A stretch of DNA of 62,348 bases, counting the filler, from Chiloscyllium plagiosum (taxonomy: Eukaryota), in the NCBI RefSeq assembly GCF_004010195.1. It is 4 parts of one record of this genome, joined end to end, with 100 filler letters (N's around TTAATTAATTAA, not from the genome) between each part and the next. Parts side by side here need not be neighbours in the genome. Positions count along the whole stretch, not along the records: positions 1 to 20,419 come from NC_057715.1; 3 more parts are not named here. One strand, 5' to 3'. Shown here piece after piece: positions 1 through 12,481 of the stretch. The position numbers and the translations under genes are program-made. The stretch's first letter is position 1, and each line of letters starts with the position of its first letter. The notes beneath the pieces were generated by a model. That model made no database searches and was not told where the DNA came from. It was given only the letters and a program-made list of their open reading frames with translations.

Positions 1-217
1 CCCTTATCTAACACTACGGGCAATTTAGCATGGCCAATTCACCTGACCCTGCACATCTTTTGGACTGTGGGAGAAAACCGGAGCACCCGGAGGAAACCCA
101 CGCAGACACGGGGAGAACGTGCAAACTCCACACAGTCAGTCGCCTGAGGCGGGAATTGAACCCGGGTCTCAGGCGCTGTGAGGCAGCAGTGCTAACCACT
201 GTGCCACCGTGCCGCCC
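1..217 (-). mobile_element. HE1-type tRNA-derived SINE (runs off window start)
   Basis: Minus strand starts GGGCGGCACGGTGGCACAGTGGTTAGCACTGCTGCCTCACAGCG with pol III A/B boxes and the GTGTGGAGTTTGCACGTTCTCCCCGTGTCTGCGTGGGTTTCC core. Confidence 0.9.
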
Positions 218-414
218 ACAGGGCGTCAGGGGTAGGTTCTTTACCCAGAGAGTGGTGGGGGTATGGAATGCGCTGCCTGTGGGAGTGGCAGAGTCAGAAT
301 TATTGGTGACCTTTAAGCGGAATTGGATAGGAACTTAAGCTAGGACAAATGTTCGGCACAACATTGTGGGCCGAAGGGCCTGTTCTGTGCTGTATTGTTC
401 TATGTTCTATGTTC
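218..414 (+). mobile_element. CR1-clade LINE 3' end
   Basis: Encodes VRGRFFTQRVVGVWNALP and ends in a (TATGTTC)n tail; near-identical to 36110-36311. Confidence 0.9.
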
Positions 415-804
415 GAAAGGGTCCACAGCAGGACTCTACACTGATCCCTGGAAATTTCTAGATAACATGGATACCTATGGTCAGACTCCTAACTACTGAC
501 TTCAGCTCTATTTTCAACACCATAGTTCCAACCAAACACATCTCCAAACTCCAAGACCTAGGACTCTGCAACCCCCTCTACAACTGGAGTCTTGACCTCC
601 TAGCCCACGGACCACAGTCAGTAGGGTTAGGCAACAACATCACCTCCACGATAATCCTCAACACCAGTGCTCCACAAGGCTGCATATTCAGCTCCTTACT
701 ATACCCCTAATACACTCATGACTATATGGCCAAATTCTGCTCTAACTCCAACAGTTTTGCTGATGACATTACCGTAGTCGGTTGAATCTTAAAACAGCAA
801 GACA

Positions 805-936
805 TTCCTGATAAAGAGCTTATATACTTGAAAAGTGGACTCTCCTGCTCCTTGGATGCTGCCTAACTAGCTGTGCTTTTTCAGCACCACTCTTTTTGAC
901 TCTGATCTCCAGCATCTGCAGTCCTCACTTTCTCCT
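805..936 (+). mobile_element. Solo Penelope pLTR insertion (family A) with 12-bp TSD
   Basis: Flanked by aacagcaagaca (793-804) and aacaacaagaca (937-948); decayed hammerhead at the 5' end; family tail gcagtcctcactttctcc. Confidence 0.8.
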
Positions 937-1579
937 AACAACAAGACAAAATACAGGAAAGAAATAGAGAACTCAGTGGCATCGTGTAAAGACAATCTCT
1001 TTTCAATGTCAGTAAAACGAAGGAATTGGTCATCAACTTCAGGAAGCAAAGTGGAGAACACACCCCTATCTTCAATGGTGCTGAGGGGGAGATGGTTGAC
1101 AGCTTCAAGTTCCAAGGAGTAATATCACCAACAATCTATCCTGGCCTATCCACGTCACGCTAAAGTCATGAAAATACACCTACACCTCTATTTCCTCAGA
1201 AAGCTAAGAAAATTCAGCATGTCCATAAGGACTCTTACCAGTTTTTATGAATGCACCATAGAAGGCACCCTATCTGGATGTATCACAGTTTGATATTGTA
1301 AATGCTCAGCCCAAGACCACAGGAAATTACAGAGAATTGTGAACACAGCCCAGCCCAGCACACAAAACAGCCTTCCATCCAGTGACTCCATCTATACTTC
1401 CTGCTACCTCTGGAAAGCAGCCAACATAAGTAAAGACCACTCCCACCCTGGATACAATCTCCTCCACCCTCTTCTGTTGGGCAGAAGATACAGAAGTTTG
1501 AAAACACATACCAACAGATTCATGAACAGCTTTTTCCCCGCTGTTCTCAGACTTTGTAATGGACCTAAAATCATATAAC

Positions 1580-1928
1580 CCTATAATGTGGAAGCAAGTT
1601 ATTTGGTCCATCAAGTCCATAATGACCCTCTGGAGAGAAGCATCCCACTGAGTCCCACCCCCACACCCTATCCCTGTAACCCTGCACTTCCCATGCTAAT
1701 TCACCTAACCTACACATCCCTAGATACTATAGGCAATTTAGGATGGCTAATCCACTAACCTACACATCTTTGGACTGTGGGAGGAAAATTGAGCACCTGG
1801 AGGAAACTCACACAAACACATGAAGAACATGCAAACTCCACAAAGACAGTCACCCGAGAGTGAAATTGAATGAGGGTCCCTGGATGCTGAGAGCCAGCAG
1901 TGCTAACCATTTAACCATTGTGCTGCCC
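1580..1928 (-). mobile_element. HE1-type SINE, diverged
   Basis: Similar to 1-217 along its length. Confidence 0.85.
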
Positions 1929-2759
1929 TATGTTCACATTAATCTTTCTCTGCACCTTCTCTGCAGCAGTAACACTCTAGAGTAAGAATTATACAGAGAC
2001 ATAGGGTTGCACAGCATGGAAACGGAGCCTTTGGTCCATCTCGTCAATGCCATGAATTTTTTTCTTCAAGATCTGTGGGATGTCTGAGTGTTCTACATTC
2101 TGTTCTGTTACCCCAATGTACTTATGTATGCTATGATTTACATCGATAGTACGTAAAAAATTATTTTCATTGTCTCTCAATATATGTGACAATAATAAAA
2201 TCAAATTACTGGACTTGAAAAGTTAATTCTGCTTTCTTTCCATGGATACTATCAAAGCTGCTGAGTTTCTTCAGTAACTTCTGTTTTTAAGTTTTAAAAA
2301 ACTTCTACTGTAGTATAACAACCAATTGGTCAATTGGTGGGGTTAGGGTTGTGAAGTATAAATGCTACAGAATTCCTTCCTCCACTAATAGGTTAATTGC
2401 AGCTAAAATATAGCCTGTGGGGACAGATTTGCTGACAGGCATACACATATCTTTTTAATATTTCACAGCATTATCAAACATACTGCACAAATGAAAAAGA
2501 AAAAGCCCAAGCTAAAAAGTTGTGCAACAGAAGATTCTGAGCATTCCTTTCTGACTTTGATGCTGAAACATATTTTTAATGGGAACAGAAGCAGTTAACA
2601 GAACAAAAAAGGGCACAGAGAAGATTAAGTGATGGAATGGGATTATGGTTTAACTAGATTTCCTTCCGCAAGTTTGGATGTTTTAGAATTTGAATTATGC
2701 AAAATAAGTCATGAATTATAAACTCTGATGAGAATCCAAAACTACTTTTAAGTACTTAC

Positions 2760-2812
2760 AAGCAGTAGACAAATATACAGCAGCTGTAGATCATGGGAAG
2801 TTCATCCAACAA
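2760..2812 (-). CDS. ACER3: Alkaline ceramidase 3 internal coding exon (53 bp; equivalent to human exon 4)
   Basis: Minus strand reads attctcttattttcactttttgtcctag|TTG TTG GAT GAA CTT CCC ATG ATC TAC AGC TGC TGT ATA TTT GTC TAC TGC TT|gtaagt = LLDELPMIYSCCIFVYC. It continues in frame from the 14039-14091 exon and matches the recalled ACER3 sequence (DELPM motif). Confidence 0.96.
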
Positions 2813-3689
2813 CTAGGACAAAAAGTGAAAATAAGAGAATGAATTTTACTGGCAAAGTACAGTATATCCAATATAATTCCTACATAAATTACATTAGTAT
2901 AGATTGAAGGTGTCTACAACGTTACTTTAACAATTCCATCATGCATGTTATACTAGCTTAAAGGCACCTGCAGACCAATGGAACCAAATACTTTTTCTAA
3001 TTAAATTGAATTTCTGTTTTCGCTTTTAAAAAGCCTCATAATTAACTTCTGAAGATTCCCTAGAACTGCTCGTTGATTTTTTTGTGATTGAGCAACTTAA
3101 ATAGCAAATACAACTATTAACTTTCCGGTGATCCAAGTGTGCATTCTGGGAGAGGAGCAGAGCTTTGAAGAGTCAAAGCAATTGAAAACCACTATTTTAT
3201 CCCTTAATTGAGACTCTATTTTTGAAGACCTTGGAAGTTATTTTTTGAAATATAGCAATAATTTGACACTGTATTTCCACAGTCTGAGAAGCTGGTTTAA
3301 AAAAAAACTTGATATTGGAGATTTTGGACTTCATAGTACTTCTATAAACAAAATGCTTTTAGCCTGCGGGTTTTATGCTTCAGTCAATCTTTCCATTCAA
3401 TGCACACAATCTTAGAGGAGAAAGACGGGTATAAAGACCATAATGAGCAGTGTAAGAGTATGAATATCAGAGTTTTTTTCCCCCAGATTGAAAGTTATGC
3501 AAAATTAATTGTATCATTACATCAATTTTATGTTTTTAAAGTTAAACAACTTTAAAAACATAAAATTGATTTAAAGATAGAAAATTTCAGGGAAACTTCC
3601 CTTCTCATTTCCTTTCCCCTCAGCCTTTCATCTGTAAAGAATTATGGCAAGTAACAGTTCAAGGATACAACCAAGAACTGCAGATACTG

Positions 3690-4682
3690 GAATGGTTAAA
3701 AGGATGTTTGTTAGGCTGGGGAAAAGTTTGTCATACAGGTTCCCAGGGCTTGTGCTAGAATACCCGATTTTCCACACACATTATTGATCATAGCCTTTGC
3801 GTAATTTCCAATTTTGCAGATGACACAAAAGTTGGAAATATCAAAAACAAATTGGAGGAATGGACAGATAAGAGGCAGATAATGTTCAATGTGGAGAAGT
3901 GAGAGATGATGCATTTTGGCAGGAAGATCACTGACAATATAAAACAAAGGGTGCAATTCTAAAAGGTTAGCAAAAGCAGAGAGACCTGGGTTAGGCTTAC
4001 TGGCAGGGCAAATTGTGAAAGTAGTTAATACAGCAAACAATATCCTAGGCTTTAATAATAAGGGAATAGCACAAAGGAGTAAGGAGGTTACGTTGACTTC
4101 TGTAAAATAAACATTTAGCCTCTCAGTAGAAGTACTACGTCAGTTCTGGGTGTCACACTTTCGGAAGGCATTGGACAGAGTGCTGAAGAGGATTACAAGA
4201 AAGGATCCAGTGATTAGCAATTTTAGTTATGAAAACAGATTGGAGAAGCTGGCACTACTGTCCTTGGAGAAGCAAAGGCTCAGAGGAGATACAGTTGAAA
4301 TATTCACAATGATGAGTCATCCAGACAGAGTAAATGAATAGAAAGAATTCTCACTGCAAGAATCTAGAACAAGAGGGTACAGATTTAAAGCGTTAAAAAA
4401 GCATAAGTGATAGAAGGAAAAATATCATACACTATGTGGTTGTGCTCTGAAATGCATGACTGAGAGTGTAACAGAGGCAAGAACTACAAAAGAAATTAGA
4501 CAGTTATTTGAAAAGGAACAATATACATGGTTAGAGGAATGAGACTGGAAGATAAGACTGGGTGAGAAGCTGAGAGTGAGCCAATACAGACTTGAAATAC
4601 TAAATAATCTCTTCCTGCACTGTAACCAGTTGGCATGACATCTATAGTCAGGAAAATACTGGAGGCTATTAAAGAAGAAATA
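3690..4682 (+). mobile_element. Decayed CR1 LINE (RT C-terminal half and 3' UTR)
   Basis: FADDTK-like segment and SYENRLEKLALLSLEKQRLRGD; many frameshifts. Confidence 0.8.
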
Positions 4683-4685
4683 GTT

Positions 4686-5925
4686 AAAAATCACACAACA
4701 CCAGGTTATAGTCCAACAGGTTTATTTAGAAACAATAGCTTTCAAAACACTGCTTCGTCATCAGGTGACTGTGGAGAATACGATCATAAGACACAGAATT
4801 TATAGCCAAATGACTACAGTGTCCTGGAGATGATACATTAAACAATTTTAGATCAAGTATTTCATCTCTTGGATTGGGACGTGATGGTTTCTGTTCTTTG
4901 ATGTATAAATCCCAGAACTTCTTTTAAATTACATTCTTAAGAAAGGTCTATCTTTTCTAACAATAGGTGCCATCTCAACACAGACAATGCATTAAGGTGT
5001 GAGGTCTACCTGTGTCTCAATGTTGAGTTAGACTGGTTCTATTTCTAAGGTGGGATTTACAGAGTTTACATGGATTCATTCAGTTTTTGAGTAAAATAAA
5101 ATGTAATTCTGCAAAAACAAATTCACTCCTTAAATTTATGTGCACATGTAGGAGTGGCAGAATGATTGCGCACATGAAAGAGTGTGTGGTGTATGTATGT
5201 GTGTAAGTTTAGTTGAGTGTGATGTGTTATGTGTCTGTGAGAGGGTGCGTGCCTGGATGAGAGTGCAGAGAGTGTATATGTGTGCATATGGGAGGGAGCT
5301 TGTCTATGAGAGAGGATCAGCATGGGTATGTGAATACGTAGAAGCGCGTGTGTGTGAGAGAGTATATCATGCAGTGGAGTCACCTGTGGTGTGACATGAA
5401 CCCAAGGTCCCGGTCGAGGCCATCCCCATAGATACTGAACTTTGCTATCGGCTTCTGCTCAGCCACTCTGCATTGTTGCTTGTCCTGAAGTCTGCCTTGG
5501 AGAATAGTCACCCGAAGTTCTAAGGCTGAATGGCCCAGACTACTGAAGTGTTTCCTGACTGGGAAGAAACACTCCTGCCTGGTGATTGTTGCACGATGTC
5601 CATTCATCCATTGTTGTCGCGTCTGCTCGGTCTCGTCAACGTACCATGCCTCAGGGCATCCTTACCTGCAGCGTCTGAGATAGACAATGTTGGCCGTGTC
5701 GCACAAGTGCTCACCGAGTACATGGTGAGAGGTATCCTTATGTGTAATGGTGGCATCCGTGTCAATACTCTGGTAACAATGATCTGTTTGCAGCAAACTG
5801 CCCAGCCTTCAGGACAACAACACTGTAAAATCCTGTTATGGCAGGCGCTGCAAACGTGTCAGAGTGTCGACACAGATATCATCATTACACATGCAACTCG
5901 TTCAATGTTGTCTATCTCATACCGT
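4686..5925 (-). mobile_element. Penelope-like element family C: pLTR, 3' UTR and GIY-YIG endonuclease remnant, with a short inverted piece at about 5772-5925
   Basis: ORF 5380-5607 MNGHRATITRQ...HFSSLGHS...AEQKPIAKF...GLDRDLG is a GIY-YIG C-terminus; reverse-complement pLTR with decayed hammerhead at 4686-4770. Confidence 0.85.
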
Positions 5926-6865
5926 TCATAATATTTATAAATGATTTAGAAGAGGAGACAGAGTGTAACATATCCAAGTTTGCTCATGACACTAAATTGA
6001 ATGGAAAGGCAAACTTGCAGAGGATGTGGAGGGTCTGCACAGAGGTTTAGACAGGTTAAGTGAGTGGGCAAGGGCCTGGCAGATGGAGTACAATGCATAA
6101 AAATGTCAGATCATCCACTTTGGAAGTAAAAATAGTAGGTCAGAGTATTATTTAAATGGTGAAAAATTGCAACATGCTGTTGTGCAGAGGGACCTAGGCG
6201 TGCTCATATATGAATTGCTAAAAGTTGATTTGCAGGTGCAACAGGTAATCAGGAAGGCAGACGGAATATTGGCTTTTTTTACTAATGGGATTGAATTTAA
6301 GAGCAGGGAGGTTCTGCTGCAATTGTACAAGGTGTTGGTGAGGCCACACCTAGAGTATTTGCGCAGTTCTGGTCACCTTACTTGAGAAAGGATATACTGG
6401 CTTGGAGGTGATGCACCAGGTTGATTCCGGAGGTGAGGAGGATTACCCTAGGAGGAGAGGTTGAGTTGCCTGGGACAGTACATGCTAGAATTTAGAAGAA
6501 CAAGAGGGGATCTTATAGAAACATATAAAATTATGAAAGGGATAGATGAGATAGAGGGAGGCAAGTTGTTTCTGTTGGTGGGTGAGACTACGACTAGGGG
6601 GTATGGCCTCAAGCTTAGGGGAAGTAGATTTAGATTAGAGATGAAGAGGAAGTTTTTCCCCGGAGAGTAGTAAATCTATGGAATTCTGTGCCCAAGGAAG
6701 CAGTAGAGGCAGGTTCATTAAATATATTCAAGACATAGTTTGATGGGTTTTTGCATGGTAAAAGAATTAAGGTAGGAGGAGCTGAGATCGATCAGCCACG
6801 ATCTTAATGAATTGTGGAGCAGGCTCGACAGGCCAAATGGCCCACTCCTGTTTCTGTTACTATGT
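5926..6865 (+). mobile_element. CR1 LINE 3' fragment
   Basis: IFINDLEE..ISKFAHDTK, LVRPHLEY, RGDLIETYKIM. Confidence 0.9.
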
Positions 6866-7399
6866 AACAAATGTCTAGTTCTGTGCTGACACCCACATTC
6901 AGCTGCTGGTTCTGCTGTTTCAGAGATCCTGATATGGTATTAACTTGGAGGTTAAATTACATGTCACACATTGCTCTGAGTGACAATTAGCATTCTGGTC
7001 ATACCTCACTATCCAGTTATTTTTCCCTCATCCCTTTTATTTGTAGGGGTGTGGATTTTGCTAGCAAAGTTCATCTTTACTGACCAACCTGAGTTGTTGT
7101 TTGAGAAGATGGATCAGAAGATCCACCATATTGAATGGCATTGGGCGATGCGACAATGAAGGAACTGAGACATGTCCAAGCTACGATGGTGTTGAACTTT
7201 AAAATGACAGTATTTCCAGGTTCTTCTCATCTCAGTTTAACACATAAAGGATAACGGGTTAAACTGGAGAAACCTAAAGGGGTAAGTCAAAGCTCAGGAA
7301 AGGGTAAAATTGGATAGAGAAGCAGGAAACATCAGTAACATGAGTAGTTCCTTGCATGTAATGCATAACAAATCTTGTTCCCCAAAAGCAGTGCTTTTA

Positions 7400-7711
7400 G
7401 ATTAGACTAGATTACTTACAATGTGGAAACAGGCCCTTCGGCCCAACAAGTCCACACCGACCCGCCGAAGCACAACCCACCCATACCCCTACATTTACCC
7501 CTTACCTAACACTAGGCAATTTAGCATGGCCAATTCACCTGACCTGCACATCTTTGGATTGTGGGAGGAAACCGGAGCACCTGGAGGAAACCCACGCAGA
7601 CACGGGGAGAACGTGCAAACTCCACACAGTCAGTCGCCTGAGGCGGGAATTGAACCCGGGTCTCTGGCTCTGTGAGGCAGCAGTGCTAACCACAGTGCCA
7701 TCGTGCCGCCC
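7400..7711 (-). mobile_element. HE1-type SINE, near full length
   Basis: Same head and core as 1-217; (AATCT)n-like tail near 7400. Confidence 0.9.
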
Positions 7712-7817
7712 TCTCCGAAAGCTAGTGCATCCAAGCAACCCTGTTAGACTATAACCTGGTTATTGTGTGATTTTTAGCTTTGTACACCCTAGTCCAACAT
7801 CAGCATCTCCAAATCAT
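7712..7817 (+). mobile_element. Penelope pLTR fragment, family C
   Basis: ctccgaaagctagtg...gactataacctgg...ccaaatcat, matching 44310-44413. Confidence 0.8.
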
Positions 7818-7879
7818 AACTACAAGATAGTTAACTAATTGCCTAACTTATTAATGAAGCCCAAATACCAGAGCAAACC

Positions 7880-9693
7880 TAAATCACTCTGAAGATCAAC
7901 AATAAACTTTGACTTGGATAATGATATCAACTGTTTACAGTAGCAAGAGGACTGCTGCAATTCTCAGAGGAAGCACTCAAACACGAGGAATTTACAAGCC
8001 AACTGGAACAATGTAAATGCAAGATATTGAGGAAGATACCACAGCCAGGAACACAACCAATGCTTGCAAACACTGTCGGTCATGCAACCTTGATTAGGGT
8101 AAGTGGCGAGGAGCAGAGTTGCAGTGGAAACAGGTCATACTCAATCAGTCTTGCTCAAACTCCACATATACATACTTCAAAATTGCAGTGACCAGAAAGA
8201 ATTGAGGAACAATTCCATTCCCCTTAACTCCCCTACTATACTGGAAGATGGAAGAAAAAAGCAATATCCAAGATACGATTTTGGTTACATCAACAGAAAA
8301 ATTATAAAACCTGAAATTCCGAATCTACTCCTAATCATCAGTAAAGTGACACAAGGGGTCACAACTGTGCTAACAAGCAGCACAATAACCTACTCATTGA
8401 CACTCAGTTTGGGTGCTGCCAGGGTTATTCAGCTCCTGACCTCATTACAGCCTTGGTTCAAACAGTCAAAAAAGCTGAATTCCAAAGGTGAGAGGAGAGT
8501 GCGACTGCCTTTGACATCAAGGCTACATTTGACTGGGAGTGCCCATGGCCAAGTTAAGACTCCAGTGAGAATAAGGGGCCAAAACTCAACTGGCTGGAGT
8601 CATATCTAGCACAAAGGAAGATGGTTATGGCTGTTTGAGATCAGTTATCCCAGTTTCAGGACATCTCTGCAGTACTTCCTCAGGGACTTTCTAATTAACC
8701 TGCTCAGAGATGTCATTATACACCTCTGACACAACTGGCCCTTGAAACCAGATCTCCTAGCTCAGAGTAGGGACACTGCTACTGCACCATAAGAGCCTTT
8801 AAGTTTCTGGGATTTCAATTCTCATCTCTATTGAATTAGTTAGAGCTCTGGAATACTAGCCTACCACACACCCTCCCAAAAATACTTCTGAATAATTGAT
8901 TTGTTTTAGAAAAGCATGAGATGCCCCCTCTGGAGCAAGTGGGACTTGAATCCAGGCTTTCTGGCCCATAGGTAAGAACTTTACCATGACACTACAACAG
9001 CCCTTCCCATCATAAGGTCAGACGTGGAGTTGCTGGTTGATGATTGTGCAATATTCAGCATCATGTGAAACTTCTCAGACACTGAAGCAGTCCATGTTCA
9101 AATGGAGGAGGACCTGGACAACATCGGTTTGTACCACGAAGTGCCAAGTACAGCCATGCCACACAAATGTCAGGCAACAACTATCACCAGACCGAATCAA
9201 AAGCAGTATAGAATCAACACCTTGGGAGGGTTACCACTAACCAGGAATTGAACTATACAAATACATGGCTACAATGGCGAGTCAGAGACCAGGAATTCTG
9301 AAGTGATTAGCTCACCTTATTCACAAAGCCTAGCCACTGTCAAAGAGACGCAAGTCAGGAATGCGATGGAATAATTCCCAATTGCCTGGACAAAAAAGCT
9401 CCAACAACACTCAAGGAGCTTGGCACCATTCAGAATAAAGCAGCCCATCTTATTGTCACCACATTTACAAGCATCCAGTTCCTCCACCAAATCCACAAGA
9501 TGCACTGCAGAAATTTATCAAGGCTGTTTAGACAAGATCCTTCAAACACATGAAGGACAGTGGCAGTAGATACAAGGGAACACCACCATCTGCAAGTTTC
9601 CCTCCAAGTCAGTCACTGTCCTGACTTGAAAATACATTACTGTGCTTTCACAGTCATTGGGTTGAAATCTTGGGTTGAATTCCCTCACTAACA
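7880..9693 (+). mobile_element. Old L2/Crack/CR1-group LINE, decayed, with SINE fragments inserted; 3' end resumes at 11491-11630
   Basis: ctttgacatcaaggctacatttgac corresponds to an LDIKAAFD-like RT motif; related decayed copies at 25830-26510 and 45040-45930. Clade uncertain. Confidence 0.65.
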
Positions 9694-9891
9694 AACCTTA
9701 CTATCAAACCAGCAGACAAGGGAGGCGCGGTAGTAGTTTGGCGCACCGATCTCTACACCGCTGAGGCCAAACGCCAGCTCGCAGATACCTCCTCCTACTG
9801 CCCCCTTGACCATGACCCCACCCCCCACCACCAAACCATCATCTCCCAGACCGTCCATAACCTCATCACCTCGGGGGATCTCCCATCCACC
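9694..9891 (+). mobile_element. Penelope-like (Poseidon-type) ORF fragment, family A
   Basis: Translates TIKPADKGGAVVVWRTDLYTAEAKRQLAD (DKG motif upstream of the PLE RT); runs into a gap. Confidence 0.9.
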
Positions 9892-10321
9892 NNNNNNNNN
9901 NNNNNNNNNNNNNNNNNNNNNNNNNNNNNNNNNNNNNNNNNNNNNNNNNNNNNNNNNNNNNNNNNNNNNNNNNNNNNNNNNNNNNNNNNNNNNNNNNNNN
10001 NNNNNNNNNNNNNNNNNNNNNNNNNNNNNNNNNNNNNNNNNNNNNNNNNNNNNNNNNNNNNNNNNNNNNNNNNNNNNNNNNNNNNNNNNNNNNNNNNNNN
10101 NNNNNNNNNNNNNNNNNNNNNNNNNNNNNNNNNNNNNNNNNNNNNNNNNNNNNNNNNNNNNNNNNNNNNNNNNNNNNNNNNNNNNNNNNNNNNNNNNNNN
10201 NNNNNNNNNNNNNNNNNNNNNNNNNNNNNNNNNNNNNNNNNNNNNNNNNNNNNNNNNNNNNNNNNNNNNNNNNNNNNNNNNNNNNNNNNNNNNNNNNNNN
10301 NNNNNNNNNNNNNNNNNNNNN

Positions 10322-10545
10322 GTGTGGGTGTAAGTGTGTGTGTGTTGTGTGGGTGTGGGTGTGTGTGTGTGGGTATGGGTGTGCCTGTGCCAGTGTGTGT
10401 GTTGTGTGGGTGTGGGTGTGAGTGTGGGTGTGGGTGTGTGTGTGTGTGTGGGTGTAAGTGTGTGTGTGTTGTGTGGGTGTGGGTGTGTGTGTGTGGGTAT
10501 GGGTGTGCCTGTGCCTGTGTGTGTGTGTGTGAGTGTGTGTGTGTC
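10322..10545. repeat. TG-rich compound microsatellite/minisatellite
   Basis: (TG)n/(TGGG) tracts with a repeated gggtatgggtgtgcctgtgcc unit. Confidence 0.95.
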
Positions 10546-10944
10546 TCCTGAACTATTTGCAGTTCACATTGGCTCACAGTGACACATGAAGCTGTGTGTC
10601 TCTGAAACACGGCCATGTCTTTAATGATCTCACTGACAGCCTCACATTTCCTAAAGGGTAGCTGAATGTATTTGCTGATTTATATGGCATTTTCATCTCT
10701 CTGATTGACAGGATGATAGAAAGGATTGACTAATCACAGAGCTTGGCATGACTTCCTGTTTTCAAATCCCACTCCCTGCTCTTCCTGAGGATCTGTCTGA
10801 GCAGTTGGAGTGGTGAGACAATGGGAGCACCTCCCATTGAGTTTTACCTTGTGTTTTTGGACAGTCTGTCTGAGGTGAACACAAAGACCACCATCTTGCC
10901 CCCTCCTTCGGCCGGCTCTGTTTCGAAGAGGAACTGGCCAATTC

Positions 10945-11166
10945 CCTGCTGTATCCTGATCAATATTTATCCCTCAACTGATATCAGATAATCTGATCAT
11001 AGGCACATTGCTGTTTCCAGGAACTTTCCTGTGTGTAGATTGGTTGCTGTGTTCCCTACCTCACAGCGGGGGCTCGGCTTCAGAGTGTACTGCAGTGGCT
11101 ATAAAGTGCTTTGAGGTGTCTGGTGGCAGCGAGGGTGCTATGGAAATGCACAATGTTTTCTTTCTT
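10945..11166 (+). mobile_element. SINE 3' part, tentatively DeuSINE/SacSINE1-like; related minus copies near 19810-20170, 43440-43590 and 44040-44545
   Basis: caatatttatccctcaac...cacattgctgttt...taaagtgctttgag...gctatggaaatgca; family name from recall only. Confidence 0.55.
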
Positions 11167-11319
11167 GCAACAAACCCACCGGAACAACCAAGCTGGAGAA
11201 ACTCAGCAGGTCCAGCACAATCTATGTGGAGAAATCACTATCTAAGGTCTTTCTGCCAAAGTACGGGTGGTGATGGCTCGCACGAGGGGACATAGCTTTA
11301 AATTGAGGGGTAAGTGATT

Positions 11320-11478
11320 TCCGATGCCCCTCCCCCAAGTCCCTCCTCCCTATCTTTTATCTTAGCCTGCTGGACCAACTTTCCTCATTCCTGAAGAAGG
11401 GCTAATGCCCGAAACGTCGATTCTCCTCTTCCCGAGATGCTGCCTGACCTGCTGTGCTTTTCCAGCAACACATTTCCA
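11320..11478 (+). mobile_element. Penelope pLTR, family A, with intact hammerhead core
   Basis: CTGAAGA A GGGC TAAT GCCC GAAACGTC at 11391-11418. Confidence 0.85.
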
Positions 11479-11834
11479 TCATCCATCATCTTCCCTCACT
11501 AACAGCAGTGTGGGTATCTACACCAAATGAGCTGCAACAGCTCAAGAAAGCATCTCCTTCTTGAGGGAAATCAGGTATCAGCAATAAATGCTGGCCCATC
11601 CATTGAAGCTCACATCCCACAAATAAACTATATTTTTAAAAAATTCATCTATTAAATGTGGGAAAGAACTGGATAAGCACAACCTGTGAAAGCTTGCACC
11701 AGCGCACTCCTGAGGAATCAAGAAAACTATAATAATATAAAATAGTACATAGAATGCTATTGATGCTTTAAACGTCAGCGGTACAGAATTGCAAGCGTTT
11801 CTCTTCCATTTTTACCAAGACAGTTAGGCAAAGG

Positions 11835-12042
11835 CAAAGTTGCCAAAGTCCTATCAGAACAAGGTTGCTCTCTCCTTAGAGAGAAACAAGTGGTAGTGGT
11901 TTAACCGAAGGGTCACCATGCTCCAGATGAACAGAGAGGTTGAAAGGAGAGTCCTTCATGATGACCGCAGGCAGTGTGGGAATTGAGCTATTATAAATGG
12001 CATCACTCTGCATTGCAAATCAGCCAACTGAGCTAACCGACT
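11835..12042 (-). mobile_element. tRNA-derived SINE (second family; copies at 32160-32367 minus and 55480-55835 plus)
   Basis: Minus-strand head GTCGGTTAGCTCAGTTGG (A box) and shared catgaaggactctc...aacctc body. Confidence 0.7.
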
Positions 12043-12256
12043 CCTCCAATTATTTCCCTCTGAGACAACAGTGTTGCACAACGCCTTCTTGAATCACCTC
12101 AGTCAACCTAGTGAGCCTAGGTACCCTCACAATGCTGTTAATAAAGGAATTCCAAGACTATGACGCAATGGTGAAAGAATAATAATATGGTTCCAACTCT
12201 ATGGTGCAAGGTTTGGAAGGGAACTTGCAGGTGTTGGTGCTTCCATTTATCTGTTG

Positions 12257-12295
12257 CCCTTCTCACACTCGCACCCTCTCTCAGACTTATACCTG

Positions 12296-12338
<43 letters not shown>

Positions 12339-12449
12339 TTGCGGGGTGAATCTGTACTTGCTGAATTACATTTTATTTTGCCCTTCTCACACTCGCACCC
12401 TCTCTCAGACTTATACCTGTTTACACTCACACACACATACCCCCACACT

Positions 12450-12481
<32 letters not shown>

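Larger units (their letters stand above)
416..2206 (+). mobile_element. Rex1/Babar-type LINE fragment (RT, C-terminus, 3' UTR), interrupted by a pLTR insertion and an HE1
   Basis: VRLLTTDFSSIFNTIVP, SAPQGCIFS and FADDITVVG motifs; C-terminal RRYRSLKTHTNRFMNSFFPAVLRL; tail gtgacaataataaaatcaaa. Confidence 0.85.

Noticed and set aside
8103..8609. 168-aa ORF, and the 99-aa ORF at 45078-45377, as host genes
   Set aside because: Both lie in decayed LINE sequence next to LDIKAAFD-like remnants.
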